Below, piece by piece: positions 28,960 through 41,345 of a stretch of DNA of 64,000 bases (the stretch's first letter is position 1; every line of letters starts with the position of its first letter). Origin of the DNA: Eledone cirrhosa. Its lineage: Eukaryota. The DNA is taken from the NCBI GenBank assembly GCA_964016885.1, contig OZ024763.1:22382001-22446000 (forward strand), given 5' to 3'. The notes beneath the pieces are model-generated. The model searched no databases. It had not been told where the DNA came from and saw nothing but the letters and a program-made list of their open reading frames with translations. Made by a program: the position numbers and the translations under genes.

Positions 28960-30290
28960 CACAAGAATAGGGAGCTAACTAACTAAAAGCCATTTGAAGG
29001 GCTCTGAGGAGCAGGAAGAGAAGATGTGGCGAGGCAATAAAACCACAATTCAGGTTTTTGGATGTTTTTCTTTGGTTGGACCACAGATTGTAATGGTCTA
29101 GTGGTATTTCAGTAAGTAGGGTTTAAAAATAAAGCTATATTGTGTGGGAGAAGTTGTGACCCAAAGGTGGTGGACATTTAAAAAATAAAGTTATACTGAG
29201 TAGGAGAAATAGGTGTGTTCATGATGAAAATCACCAATACTAAAGAGTGATGTGCCCTTAACACAGCTGAAGAGTCCTTTTTTTTTCAGTATGGCTTCTA
29301 CAGCCTGATGCCCTTCTTATCACAAACTCCTTTACAGAGTGTACTGGGTGCATTTTTTTTTTGTATTGTTGTACTGGCACTAGAGAGGTTTGTGTGTCTT
29401 GACTAACATCAATTATGAAAAATTGATGAGTGCTGCCAAGATATATAAACCAGCCAATGATCAGTATAGTCTGGCCCTTGATTGTGAATGCAGGGTTCCA
29501 TGTACAAATTATAAGGGCTGGTACAGCCCTCTCTCTCTTTCTAGCTATCACATCCTGGATTAAGGGAGGGTTACATGTATAAATTATAAGGGTTGGTGCC
29601 AACCTCTCTCTCTCCTTCCAGCTATCACATCTTGGATGGTCTGCTGGGTTAAGAGAGGGTTCCATCTACTAATTATAAGGGTCGGTGCCCCCCCCTCTCT
29701 TTCCAGCTATCACATCTCGGATGGTCTGTTGGATCAAGGGAGGGAGGGTCGAGGTGTTCAAATCCCAGCGAGGTCTACTTTGTTTTTCATCCTTTTGAAG
29801 GCGAATTAGTCGTTTGAACATCGGATAGAATGCTTTGCAGTATTCATTCTGGCTCTCTGCTCCGAGCTGCCCTCCCCTCTTTCTTCTTCCAGCAGTCACA
29901 TCCTGGCTGTTCCGCTAGATCAAAGCAGGGGTGGGGTCTTGAGAAGGTGCACGTGTATCTGCTTGTAACCGCATTAGCACTTAAAACCCTTAAGGAAAAG
30001 CATGGTAGATGCTACCAAGTCATACTCGATTGTGAGTGATAGCCGTAGTACCTTTTACATATATCATCATACATCTATTTTCCCCCCACACACACACACA
30101 TATGGATAGTTATATCTGAATACAATGACCTTTGTGTGATATATATATATACATATATATATGACTGGGGTTTGTATTCTGAATCATATATGTTCATATA
30201 AATAAACATTTTTGTAGCCTCACTATATATATGTGTGTGAGTGTGTATGTATGTTTGTATGTAGTATATGTGTGTGTGCGTGTGCGTGTG

Positions 30291-30365
30291 TACAGGGTGT
30301 CCCAAAATGTATACACACGTTTTTTAGAATGCTGTTGAAGTGTGTATACATCTTTTGGGGACATA
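30291..30365. mobile_element. Tc1/mariner-like mini-MITE
   Basis: TA|CAGGGTGTCCCAAAATGTATAC...GTATACATCTTTTGGGGACA; relatives at ~5985, 32393, 32470 and 33417. Confidence 0.55.
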
Positions 30366-30682
30366 TGTGCGTGTGTGTATATGAATGTAAAGCCTTTATA
30401 ATCTTTGTTTCCATGATATTATGACAATATATATATATGTGTGTGTGTGTATATATGTATATATAATCTTTGAACTTCATATAATATTATGACAAGTTCT
30501 ATATCACAGTTTGAGCTGTTTTTCTTTAATTCTGAAATATCTAGGTAGAAGTGAGTGTTTATATGTGTGTATGTGACTTTATACATGTATATCTGTGTAT
30601 ATGTGACTTTATACATGTATATATATATATGTGTGTGTATCTGTGTATGTTGGTATATGTATATGTGTGTATGTTTTATGTG

Positions 30683-30741
<59 letters not shown>

Positions 30742-30845
30742 ATGCTAGCAGGGAAAGCAGACATTAAAACAATGATGATGATATATATATATAGATATAC
30801 ACAACCTCATATATATATTCATTTTTATTAAGGCTAAAAAGTGAA

Positions 30846-30895
30846 TCTTGTTACTTAGGAGTTTCACCTGTTTATCAGAGGGTCATCAGACAAGA
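30846..30895 (-). ncRNA. Type I hammerhead ribozyme motif
   Basis: TCTTGT-CTGATGA-CCCTCTG(ATAAA)CAGGT-GAAA-CT(CCTA)AG-TA-ACAAGA; perfect 6-bp stem I, intact core. Confidence 0.75.
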
Positions 30896-31381
30896 ACGGA
30901 TACATATATATATATATATATTAGAGACCCCCACCCTTACTGACGCTCTCTAATATAGTCACACTCTACTAACCCAAGTATCAAGTACTCTGCTGAATAA
31001 TGGTCTTACCAGTTTAAACCTGATGTGTGTGTGAGAGAGTGTATGTATGTATGTATGTATGTGTGTATATGTAACTGTTTCATTCGAAGGAAATCATCAG
31101 CGCTTTTCTGATGATTTTCTTCGAATGAAACAGTTCTAGTCCTGTAGAAGCCATTTCTATATTAAATTTAGTTGTATACACTCTACTAATGTATTGAGTA
31201 CCTTACTTACTGTGGTTACTCCCGATTGAAGCCGGGACTTACACACACCACACATATATGTATGTGTATATGTGTATGTATATATATATATCTTGGATAG
31301 TGTTTTTTGGACTATCCAAGGAAAACTTCAACCGTTAAGGTATGTCCCTTGGATACGTCAAAATTTAGAAAACACACTTTG

Positions 31382-31442
31382 TATTTTATCTGATGAAAGC
31401 GTGCCAAAGTTTTTGATACCCTTGAAATATATATAATAGAAT
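31382..31442 (+). ncRNA. Minimal type I hammerhead motif (triplication copy 1)
   Basis: TATTTTAT-CTGATGA-AAGCGTGCCAAAG..TTTGATACCCTT-GAAA-TATATA-TA-ATAGAAT. Confidence 0.8.
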
Positions 31443-31660
31443 TAATAAACACACACATACACGAACATATGTGTGTGTATAAATGCATACATACATAGAG
31501 TTACGATGATTATATATATATAAGCACAAGGGATATTCAATTTGTTGGTAATTCAACAAATATAAATGTTTATAACTGATTTAGAGCACTCAACAAGTTT
31601 TCTGGAGTATAATATTCAATGATATTAAATAAATGGAAACTATATTTATAAAACCATATT

Positions 31661-31722
31661 TATTCTATTATATATATTTCAAGGGTATCAAAAACTTTGG
31701 TACACTTTCATCAGATAAAATA
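31661..31722 (-). ncRNA. Minimal type I hammerhead motif (triplication copy 2, inverted)
   Basis: Reverse complement of the same motif, core intact, stem I TATTTTAT/ATAGAATA. Confidence 0.8.
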
Positions 31723-31883
31723 CAAAGTGTGTTTTCTAAATTTTGACGTAGCCAAGGAACATACCTTAACGGTTGAAGTTTTCCTTGGATAGTCCAAAAA
31801 AAACTATCCAAGATAGTTTTCCTTGGATAGTCCAAGGAAAACTTTAACTGTTGGCTATGTCAAAATCTATCAAACACACTTGG

Positions 31884-31944
31884 TATTTTATCTGATGAAA
31901 GCGTGCCAAAGTTTTTGGTACCCTTGAAATATATATAATAGAAT
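31884..31944 (+). ncRNA. Minimal type I hammerhead motif (triplication copy 3)
   Basis: TATTTTAT-CTGATGA-AAGCGTGCCAAA(GTT)TTTGGTACCCTT-GAAA-TATATA-TA-ATAGAAT. Confidence 0.82.
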
Positions 31945-32938
31945 TAATATGGTTTTATAAATATAGTTTCCATTTATTTAATATCATTGAATATTATACT
32001 CCAGAAAACTTGTTGAGTGCTCTAAATCAGTTATAAACATTTATATTTGTTGAATTACCAACAAATTGAATATCCCTTGTGCTTATATATATATATATAT
32101 AATCATCGTAACTCTATGTATGTATGCATTTATACACACACATATGTTCGTGTATGTGTGTGTTTACGTTTCTATGCACCTAAAAACCCGGTGTTTATGT
32201 TGTAGTGGTTTAGCTCAGATAACCCAGTAGTTTGACAGAGATCGATAAACTGTGTACCAGACTGTGACAAAATAAAGACAACCCTGCTGGGATTGATGTA
32301 ATTTTGGGGGTGTGTCATGTTAGCATACTTGCCGTGTCTAATGACAGAAACCAATAAAAGAATTTGAGAAAACACACATACATATATATATATACAGGGT
32401 GTCCCGAAAAATGTATACATATATTTATTAGAATGCTGTTGAAGTGTGCGTGTATATATATATATATATAGGGTGTCCCGAAAAATGTATACATATATTT
32501 ATTAGAATGGTGTGTGTGTGAGAGTCTCGGGTACAATCGGGGGATAACCACAGGTAGTAATGTACTCAATACATTAGTAGAGTGTAAACATAAAGTTTAA
32601 TATAGAAATGGCTTCTACAGGACTAGAACTGTTTCATTCAAAAGAAATCATCGGGATGATTTCTTTTGAATGAAACAGTTCTAGTCCTGTAAAAACCATT
32701 TCTATATTAAACTTAATATATGTATGTGTGTGTGTGTGTATATATATATACCCCCCCCCACACACACACGTGTACACACACTCTTTCTCTCTCTCTCTCT
32801 CTCTCCCTTGGTGCGTGTGTGTATTTACGTGTACCCATACACACGCTCTCTGTGTATGTGTGTGTGTGTATGTATATTTACACCTACACACTCTCTGTGT
32901 TTGTGTGTGTATATATGTATATTTACACCCCCACACTC

Positions 32939-32972
<34 letters not shown>

Positions 32973-33744
32973 ACCATGCTTACATTCACGTACAAACTCA
33001 AAACAATGTAAAATTATAGACTAAATGTAGGTCAATGATACCATTACTTTTACTGCTAATAATAATTATTATAGCATTTTTTACACACGTAGTGTTGAAG
33101 TGTGTGTGTATATATCATCATCATCATCATCATCGTTTAACGTCCATCTTCCACGCTTCCATGGGTTTGGACGGGAATTTTCGCACTTGAGGCAAGATTG
33201 GTTGTCTTGCTCGCATAGGACTGTCTGGCAGGTTTTCTACGGCTGGATGCCCTTCCTAACACCAACCCCATTTACAGTGTGGACTGGAAGGTTTTTACTG
33301 TCTTACCTACACGGCCACATTACAGCGTGGACTGTGTGTTTTTTTGTCGTGACACCTACACGACCTCATTTATTTCGGACTGGATGTATATATATATATA
33401 TATATATATATAGATATAGGGTGTCCCGAAAAATGTATACATATATTTATTGGCGGGATTTGAACTCAGAACGGCCCTTGCCATTCTGAGTTCAAATCCC
33501 GCCAAGGTTAACTTTGCCTTTCATACTTACGGGGTCGATAAAATAAAGTACCAGTAATGCACTGGGTAATTGCTGGCCTTGTGCCTAAAGTAGAAACAAT
33601 TATTACATTTTTTACACATGTAAAATACCAACAACGTTTGTATTGCACTGTGTCGTCTTTATGTTGTTTTGACGTACATCCTGTCTCTCTAATACAGAAG
33701 ATCATTATCTGTCTGTCTGTCAGTCTCTTTCTCTCTCAAGCACA

Positions 33745-35905
33745 CCTATATGCAGACACATACACACACACATATATACAGAGGCACATACACACACACA
33801 CACACATATATGCAGACACATACACACACACATATATGCAGAGGCACATACACACACATATATGCAGAGACACATACACACACACATATGCAGACACATA
33901 CACACACACATATATGCAGAGACACATACACACACACATATATGCAGAGACACATACACACACACATATATGCAGAGGCACATACACACACATATATGCA
34001 GAGACACATACACACACACATATATGCAGAGACACACACACACACACATATATGCAGAGACACATACACACACACATATATGCAGAGGCACATACACACA
34101 CATATATGCAGAGACACATACACACACACATATATGCAGACACATACACACACACATATATGCAGAGACACATACACACACACATATATGCAGAGACACA
34201 TACACACACACATATATGCAGAGGCACATACACACACATATATGCAGAGATACATACACACACACATATATGCAGAGGCACATACACACACATATATGCA
34301 GAGATACATACACACACACATATATGCAGAGGCACATACACACACACATATATGCAGAGACACACACACACACATATATGCAGACACACACACACACACA
34401 TATATGCAGAGACACATACACACACACATATATGCAGAGACACATACATATGCCCATAGATATATGCAGACAAACATACACACACATATATGCAGACACA
34501 TACACACACACATATATGCAGAGACACATACACACACACATATATGCAGAGGCACATACACACACACATATATGCAGAGACACATACACACACACATATA
34601 TGCAGAGACACATACACACACACATATATGCAGAGACACATACACACACACATATATGCAGAGGCACATACACACACATATATGCAGAGATACATACACA
34701 CACACATATATGCAGAGGCACATACACACACATATATGCAGAGATACATACACACACACATATATGCAGAGGCACATACACACACACATATATGCAGAGA
34801 CACACACACACACATATATGCAGACACACACACACACACATATATGCAGAGACACATACACACACACATATATGCAGAGACACATACACACACACATATA
34901 TGCAGAGACACATACACACACACATATATGCAGAGGCACATACACACACATATATGCAGAGACACATACACACACACATATATGCAGAGACACACACACA
35001 TATATGCAGAGACACATACACACGCACATATATGCAGAGGCACATACACACACATATATGCAGAGACACATACACACACACATATATGCAGACACATACA
35101 CACACACATATATGCAGAGACACATACACACACACATATATGCAGAGACACATACACACACACATATATGCAGAGGCACATACACACACATATATGCAGA
35201 GATACATACACACACACATATATGCAGAGGCACATACACACACATATATGCAGAGATACATACACACACACATATATGCAGAGGCACATACACACACACA
35301 TATATGCAGAGACACACACACACACATATATGCAGACACACACACACACACATATATGCAGAGACACATACACACACACATATATGCAGAGACACATACA
35401 TATGCCCATAGATATATGCAGACAAACATACACACACATATATGCAGACACATACACACACACATATATGCAGAGACACATACACACACACATATATGCA
35501 GAGGCACATACACACACACATATATGCAGAGACACGCACACACACACATATATGCAGAGACACATACACACACATATATGCAGAGACACATACACACACA
35601 TATATGCAGAGATACATACACACACACATATATGCAGAGATACATACACACACACATATATGCAGAGACACATACACACACACATATATGCAGAGACACA
35701 TACACACACACATATATATGCAGACACACACACACATATGCCCATAGATATATGCAGACAAACATACATACACACACACACATATATATGCAGACAAACA
35801 TACACATATATGCAGATACACATACTCACATGCAGACAGACTCTCTGTCTCTCTCACACACACACACACACATATATACAAACACATATACACACATATA
35901 TGCAG
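33745..35905. repeat. ~22-28-bp minisatellite ATATGCAGAG(CA)n
   Basis: Roughly 80 units; source of the long spurious ORFs in all frames. Confidence 0.95.
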
Positions 35906-36036
35906 TCACACTTTCTTTCTGGAGGTGACAGACCAAATCTCAGTTATTGAAACCTATGAAAGTTGTGATATCTCAAATGACTGGTAATGTTATGGGTATG
36001 TGAGTATACATATGGATATTGCTTGTGAGTAAATGA

Positions 36037-36090
<54 letters not shown>

Positions 36091-36224
36091 GCAGAGGTTA
36101 TATTTAATTTGTTGGGATTCAACAAGCTTAAACATTTTTATAACTGATATAAAGCACTCAACAGATTAGTGGAGTAAATACACATTATATTAATAAATGG
36201 AAACTATATTTATAAAACCATATT

Positions 36225-36290
36225 TATTTTATTATATATATTTCAAGGGCAACCAAGGCAAATTATGGTGCGCTTTCATCAGATAAAATA
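36225..36290 (-). ncRNA. Minimal type I hammerhead motif
   Basis: TATTTTAT-CTGATGA-AAGCGCACCA..TGGTTGCCCTT-GAAA-TATATA-TA-ATAAAATA; perfect 8-bp stem I. Confidence 0.82.
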
Positions 36291-36441
36291 CAGATTTGTT
36301 TATAAATAAATATTGACATACCCGGAAAAAGACAACCTTAATGGTCGGAGCTTCCTGGATAGTTATATATATATATAATTAAAAGTTTAACAAATTTGGA
36401 TTTGAACCATCAGCACAGTCGAGGTATGTCAGACATCAATT

Positions 36442-36507
36442 TATTTTATCTGATGAGGACGTACTGATGAAATAGCTCAGTACCTCTGAGATATGTATAA
36501 TAAAATA
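36442..36507 (+). ncRNA. Degenerate hammerhead motif (GAAA to GAGA)
   Basis: TATTTTAT-CTGATGA-GGACGTACTG..CAGTACCTCT-GAGA-TATGTA-TA-ATAAAATA; same family as 11118-11179, probably inactive. Confidence 0.65.
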
Positions 36508-36559
36508 TATTTGATCACATGAATGTCTATATTTATTAATATTTTTAAGTAATATATAT

Positions 36560-37591
36560 ATTGCTCTGGTGCAATAAGTAGCAGCAAGTGCCCACAGAAC
36601 ACTAGCTCATTCCATTGCACAGATGGTTCTATAGAAATAGTGGACACCTTCCGTTACCTGGGTGACAAAATCAGCAGTGGGGGAGGGTGCTGTGAAAGTA
36701 CAGTAGCTAGAGTCAGAACGGGATGGAAAAAGTTCAGAGAGCTTATACCACTATTGGCCGCTAAAGGGTTCTCTGTAAAAATGAAAGGCAGGTTGTATGA
36801 TGCCTGCATACGAACAGCAATGTTACATGGCAGTGAGACCTGGGCATTGTGTGCAGAGGATATACGCAGACTGGAGAGGAACGAAGCTTGCATGCTCCGC
36901 TGGATGTGTAATAGTAATATACGTGAACGGCAAAGCATAAACGAACTAAGGGAGAAATTAGGAATAAGAGGGATCAGATGTTGTTTACTCGAGAACAGAC
37001 TACGTTGGTATGGTCACGTGATGCACATGAAAGACGACAGGGCAATAAAAATAGACGGTAGCCACGGAGTAGGCAGACCCAGAAAAACATGGGACGACTT
37101 GATAAATTCCGACCTCACACACTTACACCTCTCCAAGACAATGTCACTGGACCGAGATCTTTGGCGCTACACAGTAATACAGAAAACCCGCCTTGCCTAA
37201 GTACAAAGCGAAACCTACAGTCAGTAGGCACCTCTAACAAAAATACACCCCTGTCCCACTACCCCCACCCCATCCACACCACCCCTTTCAATGTGAAGTT
37301 ATGTTGGTACCACAACATCCAGTCCGAAACAAATGAGGTTGTGTAGGTGTCACGACAAAAAAACACACATTCCACGCTGTAATGTGGCCGTGTAGGTAAC
37401 ACAGTAAAAACCTCCCAGTCCCACACTGTAAACGTGGTTGGTGTTAGGAAGGGCATCCAGCCGTAGAAAACCCGCCAGACAGTCCTATACGAGCAGGACA
37501 ACAAATCTTGCCTCAAGTGGGAAAACTCCCGTCCAAACCCATGCAAGCGTGGAAGATGGACGTTAAACGATGATGATGATGATGATGATGA
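36560..37591 (+). mobile_element. RTE-clade LINE 3' part with 3' UTR and (GAT)n tail
   Basis: FRYLGD..RVRTGWKKFREL..LYDACIRTAMLHGSETW..RLRWYGHV..GRPRKTW..DRDLWR; tail ends GGACGTTAAACGATGATG. Confidence 0.9.
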
Positions 37592-39617
37592 TATATATAT
37601 ATATATATATTTATGACTGCTCTATTTTCAATCCTGTCCAGCCAACGGATTACCTACAGGCCTCGAATATATACATTCATATATATATATATAGGGTAAA
37701 AAAACCTCCTTCGGTCACCTAGAAAGTTCCCCACTGAGGCACAAGTCTGAACAAGGTTGTTTGTGGAAGACCAGCAGTCACCCATGCATACCAGTCTCAC
37801 CTCTCCAAGCCACCGATGATGTCCAAGGGAAAGGCAAAGGCCAGACCCAGCTTGGCACCAGTGATGTGACAACACATATTTTTACAGCTGAGTGAACTGA
37901 AGCAATGTGAAATAAAGTGTCTTGCTCAAGAACACAACGCAAAGTCCGGTCTGAGAATCAAACTCACAACCTCACTATTGTAAGCCATGCTCTAACCACT
38001 AAGCCATGCGTCTTCACACACACACATATATGTGAATGAGTAGCATATACACATTGAGTATGTAAACCAGTCAAAAGTACGTAGTTCTCCGTAGATTGTA
38101 AAAAAAAAAAATGTATGAATTTAATACATACGGTTTTATAGTGTTACTGTGAAATATAGCAACAATTTAAGAAATGAAATTGAGAAAATTCTCTCTTTCT
38201 CTCTCTATATATATATATGTGTGTGTGTGTGTGGTGCACACACCCTTCAGCTAAGCGTTCTTTGCCTGCCACTTTGCTAAGTATGTATACTTCTTGTTCA
38301 ACCCATATGTTCTCACTCTCTCTGAGTATTGTCAAGCGTGACATCGCAACATCAGACCCACCAACCAACCAACAGACACCAGGTATTATACAGAAGTGTA
38401 TATATTTAAAATAAATGACCATATAATCATGTGGTAACTTGTACAATATATGTCTGAATATAAAGTTTTATTATTATTTTTATAACTTCTGTAAAGTTAT
38501 TTACATATTGAGCATTTGTAAAAACTGTAAATAAAATCGGCTGATTTTTTTTTTTTATACACCCAGTATCAGACCTGTCAACTCTCACCATCCGATGGGG
38601 AGATCTCCCACCCTCTTTGGGGTGGGTGAGAGATGTCTTCTCTTGTGAAAATAGGTATAGCTTTCATTATGTAAAATCTCCCCATTTTGCCTCATTTCTC
38701 CGTTAGGGTTTTTAAAAGGTTGGCAGATCTGCCGTCTGGCAGAAGGAGCAACATGAAAGAAAGTGTCTTGTTCAATAACACAACACACCAGCCAGTCCGA
38801 GAATTGAACTCACAGCCTCATGATTGCATGCCCAGTGCTCTAACCACTCAGCCATGCACCTTATATATAAGGGTGGCTATGAAGGAGTGATGCTAGAGCT
38901 GTGATATCTTGCATGCAAGACTATGTTGAAAAATAAACCTCATTTGGTCATTCCGTGAAAGCATCTCGATCAACCTATGATAGAGAGGTGCTAGAGCTGT
39001 GAAATCTTGCATGCATTAATTTCAACTCTTCTTATTAATAACTGCATTGTTTCTTTCCAGAGACTATGTTGAAAAATAAACCTTATTTGACCATTCCATG
39101 AGAGTATCTTGGTCAACCTATGAACTTTTCAGCTAACCCTCGTATGTATATAAGAATTTTATTTCTCGCTCTAGCACAGCTGATACATAAAAGTAAGTAA
39201 GCATGCATATACATATATACATATCTGTATATATATATATATACACATACACAATGTATACTTAAGAAAATACTAATATATTTTCAACCGTTCAACACAT
39301 AGGCAGAGAGGTATATATATATAATTTCTCTCTGTATTGTATCAAAGGAAATGAACCAAAATCGATCAAATTAACCAATTGATTTATAGATTTTTATCAA
39401 TAAGCTATCTTTCTTTACCATACTGTAGCTATGGATTGGTCATTTCCTGGTAAATAATATTTGGTAGATTAAAACTGTATGGATGCCAACTTTGTATATA
39501 TGTGTGTGTGTGTCCATCTATATTGTGTGTGTGTGTCCATCTATGTTCTGTGTGTGTGTCCATCTGTCTTGTGTTTGTCTGTCCGTCAGTGTATGTGTGA
39601 GTGTGTGTTCATCTATG

Positions 39618-39675
<58 letters not shown>

Positions 39676-40044
39676 CTGTCTTTGTTATGTATTATGTGTG
39701 TGTCCCCTCCCTCTTCTGTGTTGTGTGTGTCCGTCTGTATTTATGTTGACACCACTTAACAAATGGTGCTGTATGTTTTGTCTCATACATTAGAGCAGTT
39801 CGACAAATAGAGGGCAATAAAATAAGTTTAGCAGACTTTAAAATGAGCACAAGGCCAGCAATTTAGAAGGAAGTGGGGGGGGGGGGGGGTCTCTTGCAGT
39901 GTTGTGAGAAATGGTGGTGCCCAGTCCTCTGTGAATGGTTTTGTTTGTATTTTATCTGAAACATCTTTAAACTCCGTCAGGTTGAGGGGAAGGGATGGGG
40001 ATTGTGGGGTTGACAACCAGGTTCTTGTCATTGTCAGCTGTTCA

Positions 40045-41345
40045 ACTTACTGAAGTAATCAGGTGATGCTCCTAGAGACGGTACTTGGTTGTTCTAGCAT
40101 CTTAGCCTCGCCTTCTGAAGTAACAGGTGATGCTCCTGGTGAGAGTGCTTGGTTATTACAGCGCCTTAGTTTTGCCATCACCTCACCTTACTGAAGTAAT
40201 CAGGTGATGCTCCTAGTGAGGGTGCTTGGTTGTTCTAGCATCTTAGCTTCGCCACCATCAGACTTTACTGATACATCAGGTGATGTTCCTGATGAGGGTG
40301 CTTGGTTACTCCAGCATCTTAGCCTCGCCATCTGAATTATCAGGTGATGTTTTTAGTGAAGGTACTTGGTTACTCCAGCATCTTAGCCTCGCCATCACTG
40401 GGCCTGGCGGAAGTACTAGGTGATGCTCTTAGAGAGGATATTTGGTTATTCAACATCTTAGTCTTGCCATCTGAATTATCAGGTGATGTTTTTAGTGAAG
40501 GTACTTGGTTACTCCAGCATCTTAGCCTCGCCATCACTGGGCCTGGCGGAAGTACTAGGTGATGCTCTTAGAGAGGATGTTTGGTTATTCAACATCTTAG
40601 TCTTGCCATCTGAATTATCAGGTGATGTTTTTAGTGAAGGTACTTGGTTACTCCAGCATCTTAGCCTCGCCATCACTGGGCCTGGCGGAGCTCCTAGTGA
40701 GGGTACTTGGTTACTTGGTTATTCCAAATTCTTGGCCTCGCCATCATCAGGCTCTACTGAAGTAATCAGATGATGTTCCTGGTGATGGTGCTTGGTTATT
40801 CAATTGCCTTAGCCTTGCTATTATCAGGTCTTACCGAGCTATCAGATGATGCTCCTAGTGAGGGTACTTGGTTATACCAACGCCTTAGGCTCGCCATCTG
40901 GTGATGCTCCTGGTGAGAGTGCTTGGTTGTTCTAGCATCTTAGCCTCCCCATCATCAGACTTTACTGATGTTCTTAATGAGGCTACTTGGTTGTTCCAGT
41001 ATCTTGGACTCGCCATCATCAAACTTTACTGATGCTCCTAGTGAGGGTGCTTGGTTGTTCCAGCATCTTAGACACGCCATCTGAAATATCAGGTGATGGC
41101 CCTGGTGAGGGTGCTTGGTTATTCCAGCATCTTAGCCTCATCATCACCTCACCTTCAGGTGATGCTCATATTGAGGGTTCTTGGCTATTTCAGCATCTTA
41201 GCCTCGCCATCACTTGCCCATACTGAAGTGTCAAGTGATTCCCATAGTGAGGGTGCTTGGCTATTCCAGCATCTTAGCCTCGCCATCATCAGATCATACC
41301 AAGCTGTCAGGTTAGGCGAGGATATTTGGGTATTCCAGCGTCTTA
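40045..41345. repeat. Degenerate 62-77-bp tandem array with 139-bp higher-order unit
   Basis: GGTGATGCTCCTAGTGAGGGTGCTTGGTTATTCCAGCATCTTAGCCTCGCCATC repeated about 18 times. Confidence 0.85.

Noticed and set aside
33557-35950. Several 300-715-aa ORFs on both strands
   Set aside because: They arise from a (CA)n-based minisatellite lacking stop codons.
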